A DNA stretch of 63,968 nt, filler included, from Craspedostauros australis (Eukaryota), in assembly GCA_030167865.1 (NCBI GenBank). It is 11 parts of 11 records of this genome, joined end to end, with 100 filler letters (N's around TTAATTAATTAA, not from the genome) between each part and the next. Parts side by side here need not be neighbours in the genome. Positions count along the whole stretch, not along the records: positions 57,449 to 60,626 come from JALAGF010005106.1; positions 60,727 to 62,454 come from JALAGF010005108.1; positions 62,555 to 63,968 come from JALAGF010005112.1; 8 more parts are not named here. The stretch is one strand, 5' to 3'. The notes beneath the pieces were generated by a model that was not told the origin of the DNA, made no database searches, and saw only the letters and a program-made list of their open reading frames with translations. Made by a program: the position numbers and the translations under genes. Shown here piece after piece: positions 57,449-63,968 of the stretch (position 1 is its first letter; every line of letters begins with the position of its first letter).

Positions 57449-60400
57449 CATCACGTCTGCAGGCCTCTGCATCTTTAACCCGATGTCCTCCATCAGTTGT
57501 GTCAGAAAGCGGATCTCCTTTCCAGCTTCTGATAATGCGACATACTCGGCCTCGGTCGAGCTCAATGTCACGCTGCGTTGTGCCTTCGATCTCCAGATGA
57601 TAGGCACCCCTTGCAATAGGACCAAATGTCCTCCAACGCTGATGCGGTTGTCCTTGTCCCCGGCAAATTCACTGTCGGTGTACACCACAATCTTCCATTC
57701 NNNNNNNNNNNNNNNNNNNNNNNNNNNNNNNNNNNNNNNNNNNNNNNNNNTTGGTTGCGATGAAGATCGCTCCCACGTTATCGACCATCACGTCTGCAGG
57801 CCTCTGCATCTTTAACCCGATGTCCTCCATCAGTTGTGTCAGAAAGCGGATCTCCTTTCCAGCTTCTGANNNNNNNNNNNNNNNNNNNNNNNNNNNNNNN
57901 NNNNNNNNNNNNNNNNNNNNNNNNNNNNNNNNNNNNNNNNNNNNNNNNNNNNNNNNNNNNNNNNNNNNNNNNNNNNNNNNNNNNNNNNNNNNNNNNNNNN
58001 NNNNNNNNNNNNNNNNNNNNNNNNNNNNNNNNNNNNNNNNNNNNNNNNNNNNNNNGGGTTCCATCCTCAATCCGTAATCTCTCGTGTCCGACACGAACTT
58101 CATTACCCTCAGCATCTCCTTGTATGCTGCGGCCGTTGGTCCATCCAACACCTTCGTAAGCTCTCGGACTGCATTTGCGATGTCCGGTCTCGAATGCTTC
58201 ACCAGGTATAGCAGCATACCCACTCCGCTGCGGTATCTGCTGTGTCGATCCTTGTCGACCTTGGGTGCTTCGCTGTTTCTCTGGATCCCTTGACCTGGTG
58301 TCCCTGGGGTTCCATATCTCTGAAGCTTCATCACGTCGCTCTTGAATGTGTCCGTGATATTCTTGATGATGTGTGGCTGGTTCACCCAGCAGTTGGTTTC
58401 GTTCTTGTTGAATTCGATGCGGCAGCTCAAGTANTCTTCGAGACCATTCTCGATCTTGATTCCGAATCGTTCGCGCTTGATGTCCTTCACCAATTGCTTC
58501 AGATCGCGCGTGCTTCCGATGCACAGGCAATCATCGACGTACGTCCCGATGAGGACGAGGTTCCCTTCCCGATTCCGAATTAGCAGGCATGGGTCCACCT
58601 TGCTCTGTCGGAAGCCAAGCTTGATCAGGATGTCCACAAGCTTCTTATTCCATTGCCTCGCGCTCTGTACCAGCCCGTAGATGGTCTTTTTCNNNNNNNN
58701 NNNNNNNNNNNNNNNNNNNNNNNNNNNNNNNNNNNNNNNNNNGATCTCCTCCTCGAGTTCTCCATGTAGGAAAGCAGTCTCAAAGTCGATGATAATGCTG
58801 TCGGTCTTCAACAGCATCTTCATAGTAAGCATCACACGGTATGTTGCATCATGGATCACGGGCGCATGGTGAGCGGAGAAATCCACTCCAGCAATCTGCG
58901 AGTATCCACAAGCAACCAACCTGGCTCGAAAGACGCCGTTCCTCTTNNNNNNNNNNNNNNNNNNNNNNNNNNNNNNNNNNNNNNNNNNNNNNNNNTCGTT
59001 CTTCTTGATCTTCTGCCAGACTCCTCGTCTCGTCATGTCGTAGAACTCTTTATTGATGGCCTCCCGCCATTTCCTTCGCTTTGCTGGATCTGCATGATCC
59101 CAGCATTCTTCGAATGTCGTGGGGTCCAGCATCATAGTCGTGTATGCATGTTCGGACATCTCATCCCATTTCTCTCTCTCGACTCGTTGACTTGCCGTAA
59201 TGAAGTCGTCCAGTCTCATCCTTCCTTGTGTGGTGTCAATCATCATACTGGCCACATCTCGATTGAACATGGATATGTTCGAATGGAAGTCCCGTTCTTC
59301 AGCGGTTGCAGGGGTCGTCTCAACTACCTCAGTTGGTTCGTCGTTCCCACTGCCTGACTCTGAGTCGGATTCATATCCTGGCGGGTTGTTGTGCGGTGCC
59401 AAATCGCGTAGCATCCGTGACATCCTTGCCACTGGTCTAATGGGAGAGTACTCGAGGTGTTTGCCTTTGGCCACTTGCCTCCGAGTCACTCATTCTTCGT
59501 CCCTTCCGGATTCATCGTCGTATTCCTCGTCCGATGGTTCGTCCCCTTGGGCAGGTAGCAATTCATCTTGCTCTCGAGTATGATCTTCAGTATCATCGTG
59601 GTCTATCCCGGACTCTCTACTCTTATCAGCTGATGCGGCCTTCGCTTTCCTCGCGATACCCGTATCACGCTCCCAAGTCNNNNNNNNNNNNNNNNNNNNN
59701 NNNNNNNNNNNNNNNNNNNNNNNNNNNNNACCCACTGTGTCCTGTTGGCATTCTCAATACCCTTGAATTGCCCATACGACTGGTTCATCCATGTCACGTC
59801 TCTGGTGATCAGGACCCTCGTAGTTGCCAGATTCATCATGCGGTACACACCACTCGCATGAGACTGTCCGTATCCAACGAACATGGCTGGTTTGGATCTG
59901 TCATCCAGTTTCGCCTTGATAGTGCGACTGCCGATGAAAACCATTCCGATCTCCCCAAACACACGCAGTCCTTGCGCGTAGGTTGGGATTTGCCCATTGA
60001 GCAGCAGGCACGCAGGTTCCCTTGATTTAGTCTCGATGATGTTCTCAATCTGCGTTGCATTCCTTGCTGCCTCTGCCCATAGCTTGCCGCGTAGCTGTCT
60101 TGGTAGGTGTGCCTGGTTCAACATTGACCTGACCTTACCATACAGTACCGCAAATTTCCGTTCCACTCTTCCATTCTGCTGTGGCGTTGATGCCGCGGTG
60201 TATTCGAATGTTGGGGCGAACCCTGCCTTCAACAGTAGTTTCTCCGCGCTGTAATTTTCGCCAGCATTGTCACATCTGATATTTTTCACTGTCACTTGTT
60301 GATTGCCCAAGAGCCATTTCAACAACGACATCAGCTTGGATCCGACTTCGCCTTTCTCTTTCACGAAGTAGCTCCAGCAGTGATCACTGTAGTCATCGAT

Positions 60401-60626
60401 GACCAGCAGCCAGTACTTTCCGTGACNNNNNNNNNNNNNNNNNNNNNNNNNNNNNNNNNNNNNNNNNNNNNNNNNNNNNNGCTTCGCTCGTGGTTGAAGA
60501 GTTTTGGTCAGGCCTTTCTGTCTTGCCTTCCCGATTGCGCAATCCTCGCAGGGATTGAGCGTTCCTGTGACGTTCCATCCATAGTGTCTCGCCGTCCTGG
60601 AGATCGTGTAAGAGTCAACGTGGCCT
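57449..60626 (-). mobile_element. Copia pol fragment (integrase, RT, RNase H), same lineage as the 10-17 kb element but a different family
   Basis: IRCDNAGEN, PQQNGRVERK, RARLVACGYSQ, TYVDD, YTDSEFAGD, LSSTEAEY; in-frame TGA at 59490-59492. Confidence 0.92.
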
Positions 60627-60726
60627 NNNNNNNNNNNNNNNNNNNNNNNNNNNNNNNNNNNNNNNNNNNNTTAATTAATTAANNNNNNNNNNNNNNNNNN
60701 NNNNNNNNNNNNNNNNNNNNNNNNNN

Positions 60727-62454
60727 GTCACATTCGAATACACGGCATCCAACACACCACAGCAGAACGGCAGAGTGGAGCGCAAGTTTGCATACTTGTA
60801 CACGAAGATGAGATCCATGCTGAATGGCGCCCAGCTCAATGAAGAGCACAGACATGGTCTATGGGCTGCAGCAGCCAACGTCGCGACCGCGGTCGCCAAC
60901 ATCACCGTGGCAAAGGGACAGACCAAGNNNNNNNNNNNNNNNNNNNNNNNNNNNNNNNNNNNNNNNNNNNNNNNNNNCAGACATGGTCTATGGGCTGCAG
61001 CAGCCAACGTCGCGACCGCGGTCGCCAACATCACCGTGGCAAAGGGACAGACCAAGTCGCCACACAACCTATTCTTCGGAGAGGATCCGAAGTATGCAAA
61101 TGGACTCCGTACCTTCGGCGAAGTTGGAGTCGTCAAGACGGCCTATGGAGGCATGACGGCGAAACTCCAGAACAGAGGCGAGGCGATGTTGTTCGTCGGA
61201 TATGCTCCACAGCATGGATCCAGCGTCTACAACATGTACCGCCCATCCACCAAGTCCATCGTCTGCACCAGAGACGTGAAATGGCTCAACAGATCGTACG
61301 GGCACTTCAAGGGTTGGACCTACGGCTCGGACGATGGGAAGCCGGAAGGGAGTCAGATCGTCGCGACCGATCACGAGCGCCCAACGGAGACTGACGATGA
61401 CGGATTCATCCTGGTCGGAAGGGAAGGGACAGCGCCGTCCCACACAGCTCGAACCAAGCCAAAGCAACGCTCTGTGTCATTCGCCGACGCGAATTCTTAC
61501 CACGTCCTCTCAGATGACGACGACGAGGACGATGACGACACCAACAACGACACGAGCGCGAAGGAGGACTCACCAGGTCTCGCGAGCGAGACGGTGACCA
61601 CACCAGTGGACGAAGGGACTGCGTCCGAAGAGGAGGTTGACGCAATTCCAGTCGACGACGACACAGTGACCGACATTGGAGATGTCGCCCCACCGAGTGT
61701 CCCGCCAAGCATCCTCCGCACTCTGCCAACATCACGCAAGCGTTCGCACGAAGCGAACGATGATTCGAAAGCTAGTCGCACCACGACAGCTGATCCCCCA
61801 AGACGACCAAGCAAGCGCGATACCACTCGCAGCGAACGACAACAGCGATACATCGAGCGAAGCAAGCATCAAGCAAAAACGAATGCGAAGTCGCGTGCGT
61901 CGCTGCCGTCCAACGTGAAAGGAAAGAGCGAATTGCGCAACCTTGCGAACTACAACAAGCCAGGAAAGAAAGAGAAGCATGAAGGCAAGCGGTTCACTAC
62001 CAACCTATCCGTCTTCAATAGGGGAAGCGACACCGACGACGACAAGAGCAACACAGACCACGATCAGGACGACAGCGAGGAGACCAACGACGATGACGAG
62101 ACCAATGGCGACACCACCGACGAGAATGAGGAGAACAACGAAGCTACGGACGACGAAGACAGCGATTCTCCTCCATCGGACATCACCAACGCAGTCACAG
62201 ATGCTCTATTCGGTAACAACGCAATNNNNNNNNNNNNNNNNNNNNNNNNNNNNNNNNNNNNNNNNNNNNNNNNNNNNNNNNNNNNNNNNNNNCACATCGA
62301 GCCATCAACCTTCGACCAAGCATTCAACCATCCGAATGCAACACACCGGAAGGGCTACAGAGCTGCCATCGCAAAGGAGTTCAGTTCGATGGATGCTCGA
62401 TCCGTCTACAGCAAGATCAAGCGCTCATCCATTCCGAGAGACCGCAGATGCTGC
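60727..62454 (+). mobile_element. Copia integrase/linker/RT-start fragment, close relative of the 10-17 kb element
   Basis: ERKFAYLYTKMRSMLNGAQL..E.RHGLWAAAA and LRTFGEVGVVKT.YGG are nearly identical to 13727-14200. Confidence 0.92.
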
Positions 62455-62554
62455 NNNNNNNNNNNNNNNNNNNNNNNNNNNNNNNNNNNNNNNNNNNNTT
62501 AATTAATTAANNNNNNNNNNNNNNNNNNNNNNNNNNNNNNNNNNNNNNNNNNNN

Positions 62555-63968
62555 TGAACTTCAAATGGTAAGTACTCATGGAGTAGAAGCCAGTACTGAA
62601 TGAACAGAGTGTCAAATGCGGAGTACGCATCGAACACGGAGTATCGTGTAGCACGAGCACATGATGTTGAGAGAGAGAGAATACAGATAGGAGCGAGAGA
62701 GCATCTCGCGTACCGACTCATAGTCGGAGACTGAATCTACGAAACAGATTGAAGCGCCGAGAGCATCGGGCANNNNNNNNNNNNNNNNNNNNNNNNNNNN
62801 NNNNNNNNNNNNNNNNNNNNNNATACGTCAAGATGTACGTGTATATGTGCATCGTTCACCCGCTATTCTCTCATACGCACTTGGACGGTATAACTATACT
62901 CGTGTCCATAGTATGCTGTGATTCGTCAGAATTACAGGGGAAATGGAACACACGAAAAGGGGCAAGATTTTTGAGGAAATTTGCAATCGACGATTTCTGA
63001 GAGAATCAGAAGATCGTCCGTCCATCCATCAATGGTACCAAGAGAATCTCGAGGTACTTCCCAACTAAACCTCAGATGACGATATCATCTGACAGACTNN
63101 NNNNNNNNNNNNNNNNNNNNNNNNNNNNNNNNNNNNNNNNNNNNNNNNNNNNNNNNNNNNNNNNNNNNNNNNNNNNNNNNNNNNNNNNNNNNNNNNNNNN
63201 NNNNNNNNNNNNNNNNNNNNATGACCCATGAAGATCATGGATACTGAAGGTGAACTTCAAATGGTAAGTACTCATGGAGTAGAAGCCAGTACTGAATGAA
63301 CAGAGTGTCGAATGCGGAGCACGCATCGAACACGGAGTGTCATGTAGCACGAGCACATGATGTTGAGAGAGAGAGAGAGAGAATACAGAAAGGAGCGAGA
63401 GATGATCTCGCGTACCAACTCATAGTCGGAGACTGAATCTACGAAACAGATTGAAGCGCCGAGAGCATCGGGCAAGAGAACGAACGGACACTGAGAGCAT
63501 CGGAGTAGCCAAGTAATGAAATAGCAAACAGACGACTATCAACCAACACCATCTTCCACGATCGTAGGTTACCGTGNNNNNNNNNNNNNNNNNNNNNNNN
63601 NNNNNNNNNNNNNNNNNNNNNNNNNNNNNNNNNNNNNNNNNNNNNNNNNNAACATCATTCAAGAGCAGCAGGCTGAATGAGCGAGGAAGAGGAATTGAAA
63701 GACATCCCTCTGTCCAATCCGGCTATCAAGAGAGAAGAAGGTGCAAGTGAGACTCCACCACGAGAAGAGAAGGAAGCAGCCGCGGCTACTTTCCTATCAG
63801 GCGCATACGCAAGCGCGATCGACGAGACCGAAGAAGAACGGTCTGCAAGACTACATCGCGAGGAGGAGAGGATTCTCAAGACGGTCAAACAAGAGGAGAC
63901 TGGTGTGACGAAGAGCATTCGCACAGCCAAACAGAGTGGGAAAAGTGAGACACCACCAGGAGGAGAAT
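62555..63968 (+). mobile_element. LTR pieces, leader and gag start (ATG 63677) of a sibling of the 10-17 kb Copia family
   Basis: 62823-63576 is homologous to LTR 16564-17341; TCCACGATCGTAGGTTACCGTG is identical to 10295-10316; MSEEEELKDIPLSNPAIKREEGASET matches the ORF at 10416. Confidence 0.9.

Noticed and set aside
38808..62510. Apparent giant transposon cluster or recurring TTAATTAATTAA motif as biology
   Set aside because: The 12-mer is an artificial six-frame-stop spacer; adjacent pieces are separate scaffolds and need not be neighbours.

Overview
Eukaryotic nuclear DNA, most likely a diatom. Support: helicase-associated (HA) domain protein, CoDi-like Ty1/Copia elements, an Ambal-like LINE, GT-AG introns and RxL-motif secreted protein. 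It is not one contiguous locus: ten artificial 100-bp spacers (44 N + TTAATTAATTAA + 44 N) join 11 scaffolds, so neighbourhood across spacers cannot be trusted. Scaffold 1 (1-10194) carries a patatin-like lipase, ALG2, a small H15/linker-histone-like ORF and the 3' part of ASPM. Scaffold 2 (10295-38763) carries a nearly full-length dead Copia element, an ankyrin gene, tRNA-Gly(TCC), an HA-domain gene, tRNA-Ile(AAT), a sulfotransferase-like gene, a Cys-rich secreted protein, a TLC-like membrane protein, Rab-GDI and the 3' end of an RNase H-bearing LINE. The other nine short scaffolds are mostly transposon fragments and repeats. The most unusual items are: an intron-containing piggyBac-like transposase that runs in frame into a YqaJ/lambda-exonuclease-like motif; a TTAA-flanked non-autonomous element; a palindrome where a Copia primer-binding site should be; a 16-bp motif shared by two divergent Copia leaders; and extra domains inside Copia polyproteins. 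All family calls come from motif recognition by eye, without database searches.
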